In this document: positions 30,726-40,501 of the stretch, in pieces
How positions within the stretch are numbered: the stretch's first letter is position 1
How the letters are laid out: each line of letters begins with the position of its first letter
Assembly (NCBI GenBank): GCA_965207075.1
Contig: CBDBLO010000002.1
Span: 768,001-832,000 of the forward strand
Length of the DNA: 64,000 nucleotides
DNA from: Nitrosopumilus sp.
Lineage (GTDB): Archaea; Thermoproteota; Nitrososphaeria; Nitrososphaerales; Nitrosopumilaceae
Reading direction: 5' to 3'
Notes under the pieces: generated by a model
The model's input: the letters and a program-made list of their open reading frames with translations, nothing else
Databases searched by the model: none
Told to the model about the DNA's origin: nothing
Position numbers and translations under genes: made by a program

Positions 30726-31745
30726 TGCATTGTATGAAAAGCCGGCCCGCTACCCGTGCGCGTCCCCCCTCCGTCCATTCGGGGCCGCCCTTCCTGACCG
30801 CCCCGGCCGCCCCCCTGTTCCTGAAGGCCGCCCGCGGCGTCTCGCAGCTGTCGATGCCCGGCGAGGAGCGCAGCCTCGACTCGCTGCAAGCCTGCGTACC
30901 CCCTGGGGCTTCCATAGCGGCGTATCTCCTTCCCCTCCCCCCGGCCGCGGTGGAACCTCTCCGGCCTGCCGTTGGCCTGGGGGTGGCGGGGACGGGTGTT
31001 TGTCGGGGCAACGTCCCTCTCAAGCGGCTCCTCAAGGACGGCGGGCTGCCGCGCCCCCGCCCTCACCGCGGCCGTCCTGCCCCGCAAAGCACGATCCGTT
31101 GCCGGACAGCATGGGCGCGGGGGCGCCGAACCCCCCGGCTGCAAGCCCGGGGGCGTCACCGCGTTCTCCGACGCGGCGTGCTCGAGGGGCGCCGCGCCAG
31201 CAACGCACCCGGACGCATCGCCCAAATGTGTGATGGGACCCGTGCCTGAAAAGCGGTGATCCCCGATGACGTGCCAGTCCGCATGCCGCATGGCGTTGGA
31301 GCACGCGCGCCAGCAACGCACCCACTTGCGCCCCCTTGATCCTGCCGCCGGGGCCTCCGCGGCGCCGCTCTTCTTCAACGCGCGGTACGCGGCGGCGTAA
31401 CCAGCACCGTGATTCCCCCTCAGCTCCCTTGCGGTACGTACGACTCCGACCGGCCGCCCTTGGCGGGCGCCGGCTGTCAGCCGTGCCTGGGCCCCGGCGA
31501 TGCAGGCGCGCGGCCTGCCCACCTGCACGCGTACGGTCCCGGTCTTCTGGGACCCCCCCCACAGCCTTCGTACATGCCGGGTGGAGACTCCAAGTCCTTT
31601 GCCACCTCGGGAGCCGGCACCCCCTCCCCGAGCCTCCTGACCGGGCGCTTCCCGGCCCGGTTACGGGGCTTGCGATAAGCGAGGACTTCGACCCCCCTCC
31701 CCGAGCCTCCTGACCGGGCGCTTCCCGGCCTCTCCTGTCAGTCCC
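30726..31745 (-). mobile_element. heavily decayed IS481-family remnant
   Basis: RKWVRCWRACSNAMRHADWH, THLGDAS, HPQANGRPERFH are degraded IS481 motifs; end TGCATTGTATGAAAA matches the 5315 end; internal ~40-bp duplication at 31619/31691. Confidence 0.8.
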
Positions 31746-31849
31746 CTTGACGCTGGCTTCCGTGATCGGCGCAGCCTAAAATAATCGGCTGCAGTCCGCC
31801 CGGTCCTGCGGTGACCTACTTTCCGTATAACAGACACAAGTTCCGGCGC

Positions 31850-33187
31850 TGAAGAGTCGGGGAATCATGTCACCCCGACGCATAAGAGAGCCGACATGGA
31901 GGGAGGCACAATGACACCTCAAACCAAGTATGACGAACATGTCCTCATACAGGAACAAAGGGAGGAGACCGAGCGCATACTCAAGACCGCCAGCGAGAAG
32001 GGCAGGAAGCCCATACGCAAGCTGGACACGCTTGACGCAAGGTTCATCGTCCGCGAAAAGAGGAGGGGGACAAGCAGCAAGACGATTGCAGGCATCCTGA
32101 AGGTCTGCATAAGGCAGGTGCAGCGCATCTGGAGCCGGTTCAGGCGCCTCGACACGGGGCGTATACTGTACCTTCCAAGGCGCCCCGGCAGGCACCGGAA
32201 GGGCGAGCCGGGGCGCAGGGAGCACTCCGCGGTTTTGGCCGCGTTCGGCCGGGTCGTAAACGGCGCGTCTGCCATATACGGGCACATCAGGAACGCGGGG
32301 GACCACGTCCCAAAGGATGTGGTGCACCGGGTGCTGCTTGAGAACGGGCTGGCGCGCGAGGAGCGCGCCAAGAAGAGGCAGCGCAGGTACGTGAGGTACG
32401 AGCGGAGGCACAGCAACACGCTCTGGCACACGGACTATCCGCAGCTGGAGGACGGGAGGTGGCTGATCGTATACGCGGACGACTCGTCCCGGTACATCGT
32501 CGGACACGGCGTGCTTGACCGCGCCACGTCCGAGAACGCCACCGCGGTCTTCAGGCGGGCCTGCCTGGCGCACGGGACGCCGTACTCGGTCCTGACCGAC
32601 CACGGATCCCAGTTCTACGCCATGGAGTCCGAGGCAAAGCGCGAAAGGGGGCGCACGCACTTTGAGGAGCACCTCGGGGACGCCGGCGTAAAGCAGATCC
32701 TGGCGCGCGTGGGGCACCCCCAGACCAACGGCAAGGCGGAGCGCGTGTTCAAGGAGTACAAGCACAAGATAGGACACTTTGCCGACGTTGCGGGACCGCC
32801 GGGCACGGCGGCCCCGTTTGGCGCCCCCGCCGCAATGGAGAGCGACCCGACTGCCAGGTTCGTCAGGAACCACAACAACAAGCCGCACGGCAGCCTGTAC
32901 GGGCAGACGCCCGCGGACGCGTACCGCGAGCGGAGGCTCCCAGAGGGCCGGTCATACAAGGATGACGGCGGGTAAGACACCTCAGTCAACCCCCGCCGTA
33001 GGACCCTCCAGCGTATGCTGCGCACGATCATGTAAAAGCGTACCTTTCGCGGCAGTTCGCGCACGTCGGGCACGCTGCCGGCCGCTTGGGCCGGCCCGGC
33101 GGAACCAAGAATTCAAAATTCATATGGAGCCCAGACACGCGTGGAGCAATGTCACGACACACCGTGACATCATTTTCCGACTCTACA
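31850..33187 (+). mobile_element. IS481-family insertion sequence
   Basis: imperfect 24-bp TIRs TGAAGAGTCGGGGAATCATGTCAC (31850) and GTGACATCATTTTCCGACTCTACA (33164-33187); no clear target duplication. Confidence 0.85.
31896..32975 (+). CDS. IS481-family transposase (HTH + integrase core)
   Basis: RYERRHSNTLWHTDY, YADDSSR, LTDHGSQF, HPQTNGKAERVF; intact ORF. Confidence 0.92.
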   Translation: MEGGTMTPQTKYDEHVLIQEQREETERILKTASEKGRKPIRKLDTLDARFIVREKRRGTSSKTIAGILKVCIRQVQRIWSRFRRLDTGRILYLPRRPGRHRKGEPGRREHSAVLAAFGRVVNGASAIYGHIRNAGDHVPKDVVHRVLLENGLAREERAKKRQRRYVRYERRHSNTLWHTDYPQLEDGRWLIVYADDSSRYIVGHGVLDRATSENATAVFRRACLAHGTPYSVLTDHGSQFYAMESEAKRERGRTHFEEHLGDAGVKQILARVGHPQTNGKAERVFKEYKHKIGHFADVAGPPGTAAPFGAPAAMESDPTARFVRNHNNKPHGSLYGQTPADAYRERRLPEGRSYKDDGG

Positions 33188-33276
33188 CCTAAAGTGTGGA
33201 CGTGCATTCTTTGTATTGCCTTGTCAATATTATGTGACCTTGCGTCTTATGTGCAAATACGCCAAAAAACCTGCAA

Positions 33277-36200
33277 ATGCCGACTTTCCGCGGTTTCGCC
33301 ACAGTTATTGTAGGCCGTGCCGGATTCCGGAGGCAGTCGTCGGGTCGGCCGCTGGCCGTATTTGCGGCGCTGCTGCTGCTGTTGGCGGCGGTGGCGGCTA
33401 CCGGGGAGCTCGTACCGCTGCCCGGCCTGCCGGGCGCGCCGCAGGCGGGCGACGGCGGATCGGAGCGGGGGGCGCCGGATGCACGGCCGGCGCAAGGCAG
33501 CGAGGCGCCTGCGCGGCCATTCTGGGGCACGCTGGCGCAGGCGCTGCACGCGGCAGGGGCCGTGTCGTCCGCGGATTTCTTGTCCGCCCCGCCCTGGCCC
33601 GTTCTGGCGGGTGCGCCGGGGCATGCGGCGCTGCTGCCGCAGGCGCACGCGCAGACGCCTGACGCTGGCGCCTTTGTCACCACGTGGAACACCACCGGGG
33701 AGTCCATCAGCACTAGTTACAGTATGGCGAGTGTCCGGTTTCACATAGGCGTGGCATCCGGCGGCCAGGCGGACATAGACTGGGGGGACGGCAGCCCGCC
33801 GCGGTCGTACAACGCGTCCGGGCCCGTGTCCCGCATTTACTTATACGAAGGGCCTCCCGTGCTCAGAAACAACACGGTGTCGATCTCTGGCAACCTGACG
33901 CACTTTTACTTTCACTACTATCATCTTTCCCAAACCGGGGATACCCCGGATGCGCTCCTGTCACTGGACCAGTGGGGGGACGCCAAATGGTCCGACATGA
34001 CAGGGATGTTCAGGGGTGCCACAAACATGCAGTACCGGGCGACTGACGCGCCGGACCTCTCCTCCGGACCCTCCGTGGCGAACATGTTTTACAAGACATA
34101 CTTTAACGGCGACATCTCCGGCTGGGACGTGTCACCCCTGACCAGCACAAGATACATGTTCAACAAGGCTTCCAGCTTTAACGGCGACATCTCCGGCTGG
34201 GACGTCTCCAACGTGACTGACATGACGTACATGTTCTCTGACGCCCACACATTCAACGGCGACATCTCCGGCTGGGACGTCTCCTCCGTGGAACGCATGG
34301 CGCAGATGTTCCAGGCCGCAGAGTCCTTCAACGGCGACATCTCCGGCTGGGACGTCTCCTCCGTGGAAAACATGTATGGGATGTTCCTTGCCGCAGAGTC
34401 CTTCAACGGCGACATCTCCGGCTGGGATGTCTCCTCCGTGGACGAACCGTACGGCATGGCTAACTTGCTGTATAACGCCTACGCCTTTGACAGGAACCTG
34501 GGACCGTGGTTTATCGTCCTGGAGGACACGCACATAGACCACGGCGTGACGCCGGTTTCGAGCATATCCCCGCAGGTCGGGTTTGATACGGGTGTCGACA
34601 GCTACAGCATCACGGGCGCCGACGCTGATCATTTCGCGATCACGGACGGACGCCTTGTCCTCAATTCCGCGTCTGACTACCACTCCAAACCCGAGTATCA
34701 CATAACGATAACTGCCAACACCACCGAGGTGAGCGCCATTTCTCCCGGCATGGAGCATTCTATCTCCCCCACCATCAGGGTCGAGCCACCCTCCCAATCG
34801 ACCCCGGCCGTCGCCTCCATCACGAGGCACGACCCCGCCTTCGCCACAACCGACAGCGGCACGCTCGTGTTCGGCGTGGCGTTCAGCAAGGACGTGACCG
34901 GCGTGGACGCGGGCGACTTTGAGCTCGCCCCGGGCAGCGCGGGCGACGGCACCCTGGTATACGCGTACTCCAGCTCGCCGGCCCTGTACGTGCCGTACGA
35001 CGCGTACAGGAACGACACGATAACCGTCACCGACTCGGGCGCGGCCTCGTCCGTGTCCGTGTCCGTCGACGTCGAGCACGACTACATCGGCGACCTGCTG
35101 GTGCAGCTCGTGGCGCCCGACGGCACTACCATGACGCTGCACGACCACACCGGCGGCAGCGATGCCAACATAACAAGGACCTACGAGGTGGGCCTTGCCG
35201 GAACCGAGATCAGCGGGAACTGGACGATGCGCCTACACGACAACTACGACGGGGACGAGGGCACCCTGCACAGCTGGAACCTGACGCTCGGGGTGGACGT
35301 CGACCCGGAGATTTCCGTTGCCGGCTCGGGCAGCCGGTACCTCGTCACCGTCGCGTCGCCGCAGCCGGGCACGTACAACCTGGACGTCGCGGAGGGCAAC
35401 GACATCGCGGACGGCTCCGGCCGCGCCCTGTCGGGACTCGCCCCTGCAGGCGACGACCAGTCCTACGCGGTCACACCCCCGTCCCGGCCGGTGATCACGC
35501 TGGCCGGCCAGCCGACCGTATACGTGCCAACCGGCTCCGTATACGCAGACGACGGCGCCGCGTGCGACGACGGCAACGGCAACGACATCTCGTCCCGGCT
35601 GGTCACGACGAACCCAGTAAACACGAGCGTCGCCGACACGTACGCCGTAACGTACGAGTGCTCGTCCGACTCGGGCAGGTCGGCCGTTCCGGCAACCCGG
35701 ACGGTGACCGTGTCGGATCCGCCGCCGCATGTGGAGTCCATCACTAGATATGATCCCGCCGAGGCCGCCACCGACAGCGGCACGCTCGTGTTCGGCGTGG
35801 CGTTCAGCAAGGACGTGACCGGCGTGGACGCGGGCGACTTTGAGCTCGCCCCGGGCAGCGCGGGCGACGGCACCCTGGTATACGCGTACTCCAGCTCGCC
35901 GGCCCTGTACGTGCCGTACGACGCGTACAGGAACGACACGATAACCGTCACCGACTCGGGCGCGGCCTCGTCCGTGTCCGTGTCCGTCGACGTCGAGCAC
36001 GACTACATCGGCGACCTGCTGGTGCAGCTCGTGGCGCCCGACGGCACTACCATGACGCTGCACGACCACACCGGCGGCAGCGATGCCAACATAACAAGGA
36101 CCTACGAGGTGGGCCTTGCCGGAACCGAGATCAGCGGGAACTGGACGATGCGCCTACACGACAACTACGACGGGGACGAGGGCACCCTGCACAGCTGGAA

Positions 36201-38598
36201 CCTGACGCTCGGGGTGGACGTCGACCCGGAGATTTCCGTTGCCGGCTCGGGCAGCCGGTACCTCGTCACCGTCGCGTCGCCGCAGCCGGGCACGTACAAC
36301 CTGGACGTCGCGGAGGGCAACGACATCGCGGACGGCTCCGGCCGCGCCCTGTCGGGACTCGCCCCTGCAGGCGACGACCAGTCCTACGCGGTCACACCCC
36401 CGTCCCGGCCGGTGATCACGCTGGCCGGCCAGCCGACCGTATACGTGCCAACCGGCTCCGTATACGCAGACGACGGCGCCGCGTGCGACGACGGCAACGG
36501 CAACGACATCTCGTCCCGGCTGGTCACGACGAACCCAGTAAACACGAGCGTCGCCGACACGTACGCCGTAACGTACGAGTGCTCGTCCGACTCGGGCAGG
36601 TCGGCCGTTCCGGCAACCCGGACGGTGACCGTGTCGGATCCGCCGCCGCATGTGGAGTCCATCACTAGATATGATCCCGCCGAGGCCGCCACCGACAGCG
36701 GCACGCTCGTGTTCGGCGTGGCGTTCAGCAAGGACGTGACCGGCGTGGACGCGGGCGACTTTGAGCTCGCCCCGGGCAGCGCGGGCGACGGCACCCTGGT
36801 ATACGCGTACTCCAGCTCGCCGGCCCTGTACGTGCCGTACGACGCGTACAGGAACGACACGATAACCGTCACCGACTCGGGCGCGGCCTCGTCCGTGTCC
36901 GTGTCCGTCGACGTCGAGCACGACTACATCGGCGACCTGCTGGTGCAGCTCGTGGCGCCCGACGGCACTACCATGACGCTGCACAACCGCACCGACTACG
37001 GCAATGACAACATAACAAGGACCTACGAGGTGGGCCTTGCCGGAACCGAGATCAGCGGGAACTGGACGATGCGCCTACACGACAACTACGACGGGGACGA
37101 GGGCACCCTGCACAGCTGGAACCTGACGCTCGGGGTGGACGTCGACCCGGAGATTTCCGTTGCCGGCTCGGGCAGCCGGTACCTCGTCACCGTCGCGTCG
37201 CCGCAGCCGGGCACGTACAACCTGGACGTCGCGGAGGGCAACGACATCGCGGACGGCTCCGGCCGCGCCCTGTCGGGACTCGCCCCTGCAGGCGACGACC
37301 AGTCCTACGCGGTCACACCCCCGTCCCGGCCGGTGATCACGCTGGCCGGCCAGCCGACCGTATACGTGCCAACCGGCTCCGTATACGCAGACGACGGCGC
37401 CGCGTGCGACGACGGCAACGGCAACGACATCTCGTCCCGGCTGGTCACGACGAACCCAGTAAACACGAGCGTCGCCGACACGTACGCCGTAACGTACGAG
37501 TGCTCGTCCGACTCGGGCAGGTCGGCCGTTCCGGCAACCCGGACGGTGACCGTGTCGGATCCGCCGCCGCATGTGGAGTCCATCACTAGATATGATCCCG
37601 CCGAGGCCGCCACCGACAGCGGCACGCTCGTGTTCGGCGTGGCGTTCAGCAAGGCCGTGACCGGCGTGGACGCGGGCGACTTTGAGCTCGCCCCGGGCAG
37701 TCCGGGAGCCAATCACCTTGGGCGCACGTACTCCAGCTCGCCGGCCCTGTACGTGCCGTACGACGCGTACAGGAACGACACGATAACCGTCACCGACTCG
37801 GGCGCGGCCTCGTCCGTGTCCGTGTCCGTCGACGTCGAGCACGACTACATCGGCGACCTGCTGGTGCAGCTCGTGGCGCCCGACGGCACTACCAGGACTC
37901 TGCACGACCGCGCAGGCCGATCCGCCGACGACATAACCGAGACCTACGAGGTGGGCCTTGCCGGAACCGAGATCAGCGGGAACTGGACGATGCGCCTACA
38001 CGACAACTACGACGGGGACGAGGGCACCCTGCACAGCTGGAACCTGACGCTCGGGGTGGACGTCGACCCGGAGATTTCCGTTGCCGGCTCGGGCAGCCGG
38101 TACCTCGTCACCGTCGCGTCGCCGCAGCCGGGCACGTACAACCTGGACGTCGCGGAGGGCAACGACATCGCGGACGGCTCCGGCCGCGCCCTGTCGGGAC
38201 TCGCCCCTGCAGGCGACGACCAGTCCTACACGGTCACCGCCGCGCATGGGTTCAAGACGTTCACGCGTACCAGCTCGCCGGCCCTGTCCGTGCCGTACGA
38301 CGTGTACGCGACTGACACGATAACCGTCACCGACTCGGGCGCGGCCTCGTCCGTGTCCGTGTCCGTCGACGTCGAGCACGACTACATCGGCGACCTACTG
38401 GTGCAGCTCGTGGCGCCCGACGGCACTACCAGGACTCTGCACGACCGCGCAGGCCGATCCTCCGACGACATAACCGAGACCTACGAGGTGGGCCTTGCCG
38501 GAACCGAGATCAACGGAACATGGGTGCTGCGCCTCCACGACAATCACGACGCAGACCAGGGCACCCTGAACAGCTGGACGCTTGCGATCGACTACTGA
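33277..38598 (+). CDS. giant secreted protein: PKD + DUF285/BspA-like repeats, cadherin-like domain, repeated Ig/P-domain/DUF5011-like units, no protease domain
   Basis: hydrophobic signal; FNGDISGWDVSSV repeats; five HDYIGDLLVQLVAPDGT...GTLHSWNL P-domain motifs; start codon uncertain. Confidence 0.92.
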   Translation: MPTFRGFATVIVGRAGFRRQSSGRPLAVFAALLLLLAAVAATGELVPLPGLPGAPQAGDGGSERGAPDARPAQGSEAPARPFWGTLAQALHAAGAVSSADFLSAPPWPVLAGAPGHAALLPQAHAQTPDAGAFVTTWNTTGESISTSYSMASVRFHIGVASGGQADIDWGDGSPPRSYNASGPVSRIYLYEGPPVLRNNTVSISGNLTHFYFHYYHLSQTGDTPDALLSLDQWGDAKWSDMTGMFRGATNMQYRATDAPDLSSGPSVANMFYKTYFNGDISGWDVSPLTSTRYMFNKASSFNGDISGWDVSNVTDMTYMFSDAHTFNGDISGWDVSSVERMAQMFQAAESFNGDISGWDVSSVENMYGMFLAAESFNGDISGWDVSSVDEPYGMANLLYNAYAFDRNLGPWFIVLEDTHIDHGVTPVSSISPQVGFDTGVDSYSITGADADHFAITDGRLVLNSASDYHSKPEYHITITANTTEVSAISPGMEHSISPTIRVEPPSQSTPAVASITRHDPAFATTDSGTLVFGVAFSKDVTGVDAGDFELAPGSAGDGTLVYAYSSSPALYVPYDAYRNDTITVTDSGAASSVSVSVDVEHDYIGDLLVQLVAPDGTTMTLHDHTGGSDANITRTYEVGLAGTEISGNWTMRLHDNYDGDEGTLHSWNLTLGVDVDPEISVAGSGSRYLVTVASPQPGTYNLDVAEGNDIADGSGRALSGLAPAGDDQSYAVTPPSRPVITLAGQPTVYVPTGSVYADDGAACDDGNGNDISSRLVTTNPVNTSVADTYAVTYECSSDSGRSAVPATRTVTVSDPPPHVESITRYDPAEAATDSGTLVFGVAFSKDVTGVDAGDFELAPGSAGDGTLVYAYSSSPALYVPYDAYRNDTITVTDSGAASSVSVSVDVEHDYIGDLLVQLVAPDGTTMTLHDHTGGSDANITRTYEVGLAGTEISGNWTMRLHDNYDGDEGTLHSWNLTLGVDVDPEISVAGSGSRYLVTVASPQPGTYNLDVAEGNDIADGSGRALSGLAPAGDDQSYAVTPPSRPVITLAGQPTVYVPTGSVYADDGAACDDGNGNDISSRLVTTNPVNTSVADTYAVTYECSSDSGRSAVPATRTVTVSDPPPHVESITRYDPAEAATDSGTLVFGVAFSKDVTGVDAGDFELAPGSAGDGTLVYAYSSSPALYVPYDAYRNDTITVTDSGAASSVSVSVDVEHDYIGDLLVQLVAPDGTTMTLHNRTDYGNDNITRTYEVGLAGTEISGNWTMRLHDNYDGDEGTLHSWNLTLGVDVDPEISVAGSGSRYLVTVASPQPGTYNLDVAEGNDIADGSGRALSGLAPAGDDQSYAVTPPSRPVITLAGQPTVYVPTGSVYADDGAACDDGNGNDISSRLVTTNPVNTSVADTYAVTYECSSDSGRSAVPATRTVTVSDPPPHVESITRYDPAEAATDSGTLVFGVAFSKAVTGVDAGDFELAPGSPGANHLGRTYSSSPALYVPYDAYRNDTITVTDSGAASSVSVSVDVEHDYIGDLLVQLVAPDGTTRTLHDRAGRSADDITETYEVGLAGTEISGNWTMRLHDNYDGDEGTLHSWNLTLGVDVDPEISVAGSGSRYLVTVASPQPGTYNLDVAEGNDIADGSGRALSGLAPAGDDQSYTVTAAHGFKTFTRTSSPALSVPYDVYATDTITVTDSGAASSVSVSVDVEHDYIGDLLVQLVAPDGTTRTLHDRAGRSSDDITETYEVGLAGTEINGTWVLRLHDNHDADQGTLNSWTLAIDY
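34810..38230 (+). repeat. 921-bp tandem repeat (about 3.7 units)
   Basis: equivalent positions at 35562, 36483, 37404. Confidence 0.92.
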
Positions 38599-38848
38599 TG
38601 GCATGCCCCAACTGCCGGCCTCCTATGGCCAACTGCAGGCTGCAGCGGACATCGCCCTTTGGCGCCGTCTGGCCGGCCGGAACCAACTGGGTCAACCAGG
38701 TGCCGCAAGTGCCGCCGCCCGTACCACCGGTTCACGAACCACAACCCGGGTGTCAAAAAATAGCGCGGTTGCACGTGCTGAACGCCTGCATCCGTCGCAG
38801 ATCTCTCAAGAGCAGGCCGTGTAGACTGCAGAACCTCGCCCAGCCACG

Positions 38849-40376
38849 GTTACCGGTTAGGTTCCGCTCAGGATATTCGGCGGCATGCCCGACACGTTGA
38901 GGCCCCGCTTCCTCCACGTCGGCACGCACGTCACTATGTATGGGAACGTTCTGGCGCCCTCCAGGCTGGCGATCCTGAACCTGATCTTCCGGGCCATGTC
39001 CACCTTCCTCAGCATCCGCTCGGACTCGCTGTTGGTCGGGTCCACCCCCGGGCGGTTGACGAACGTGAACAGGAAGGGCGCGGCGTTGGCAGGCTTCGTG
39101 GCAAACGTTGCGCCCGCGGCGCGCAGGCCGAACCGCCGCGCGATGGCAGCGGCGGCCGCGGCCGCTTCCATGGGCCCCGTGCCCACCTCGGGGCCGCCGG
39201 GGCCGCGCCGCCCGAGCTTGGCGTCGCGGTACAGCCGTACCAGAGCCGTGCAGCGCGGACAGCTCCGGGGCCGCTTCCCCGTGCTCCCTGGCCGGCGCGC
39301 CGGACTCGCGCAGTATGTGGGCCCGGCACCGCTGCCTGGCGGCATACCAGCCGTACCCGGAGTACCCGTCGCACGCCGGGGGCTTGTCGCGGTACGGCGC
39401 GACGCGGTCCATCACGACGCCTGCGCGCGACGGCGGGGCGTGCACGACAACGGAGTCACCGCCAATGACGGCCCACACGTAGCCGCCCCCGCGCGGGAAC
39501 CCGTACGTAGTCTCGTCGGCCTTGAGGTTCGGGGCCCCGCCCAGCGATCCCGCGATGCCGTCCCTCTCGGCCTGCAGCGCCCTGCACCGCGGCCGCCAGC
39601 GCGCCCTGCACCGCGGCCCTCCCGATACCCGCCCCGATACCCGCCCCGAAGGCGTCGTTCAGAATGTCCGCGATCCCGCTCGTGCTCACGTGCTTCTCCC
39701 ACATCTGCACCGCCCTTGAGACCAGGACGGGCCCCGGCGACGTCCCCCTGACTGCAACCCCGACGCCGTCCTCGTACAGCGACGGGGCCTCCGTGACGCG
39801 GCCGCACCTCCCGCATACGCCGTCGTGCGCCGCGTGGGAGACGGTCGCCGCCCCGGGCGCGGGCGGGACGTCGGTGGCCTGCCTCATGTCCGCGATGCGT
39901 CCCGCCCCCAGCCTGCTGCTGCCGCACCCCCGGCACTCACCGGGGACGTGGTGTACGGTCGGCGACGGCCTGCGGCCGTGCGAGACTCCCCTGTGCCCCG
40001 GCCTCCGTCCGGGCCTCTTGCAGTCCGCCGGGTCCTTCCTTGGGGCCGCCTTCTTCCGCCTCTCGGGGATGGGGCTGGCAGACGGCGGGCTGTGCGGGCT
40101 CTCGTAGCATGTGATGCGCCCGCCTCCCCCGCCCAGCTGCCCCCTCGGCTGCCCGTTCTGCACCTTCAGCTGCTCAATCTCGATCCTCGGCTGCCCGTTC
40201 TGCCCCCTCAGCTGCCCCAGGGCCGCATCCCTCTTTGACCTCCGCCGTGACCCGTGCGAGCTCGTCTCGCAGCAGCTTGACCCCGGAGGGGCTTGACACT
40301 GCGTCTGTGCGTGCCCAGTACGATATAGATCTGGTGATCTAGAAAGTTTGACCTTGTGCTCAATCTAACCAGTTAC
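38849..40376 (-). mobile_element. IS66-family element, copy 3 (pseudogenised, most complete)
   Basis: ends GTTACCGGTT / AACCAGTTAC; retains the CxxC...CxxC zinc-finger segment (~39810-39925) that copies 1 and 2 have lost. Confidence 0.88.
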
Positions 40377-40477
40377 AAGTTCCGGCGCCGTAATGTTTAA
40401 AATGACTCTGTAAGAATGGCGACTGTGGTTTATTCCATTATTCCCGCCATGATCCGGTTCGCACAGGATCCGGCAAC

Positions 40478-40489
40478 GGGGGGGGGGGG
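40478..40489 (+). repeat. G12 homopolymer between upstream ATG 40449 and the main ORF
   Basis: ATG 40449 reads into TGA with 12 G; 13 G would put it in frame with 40502. Confidence 0.85.
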
Positions 40490-40501
40490 CAGTCCCCCGG
40501 A

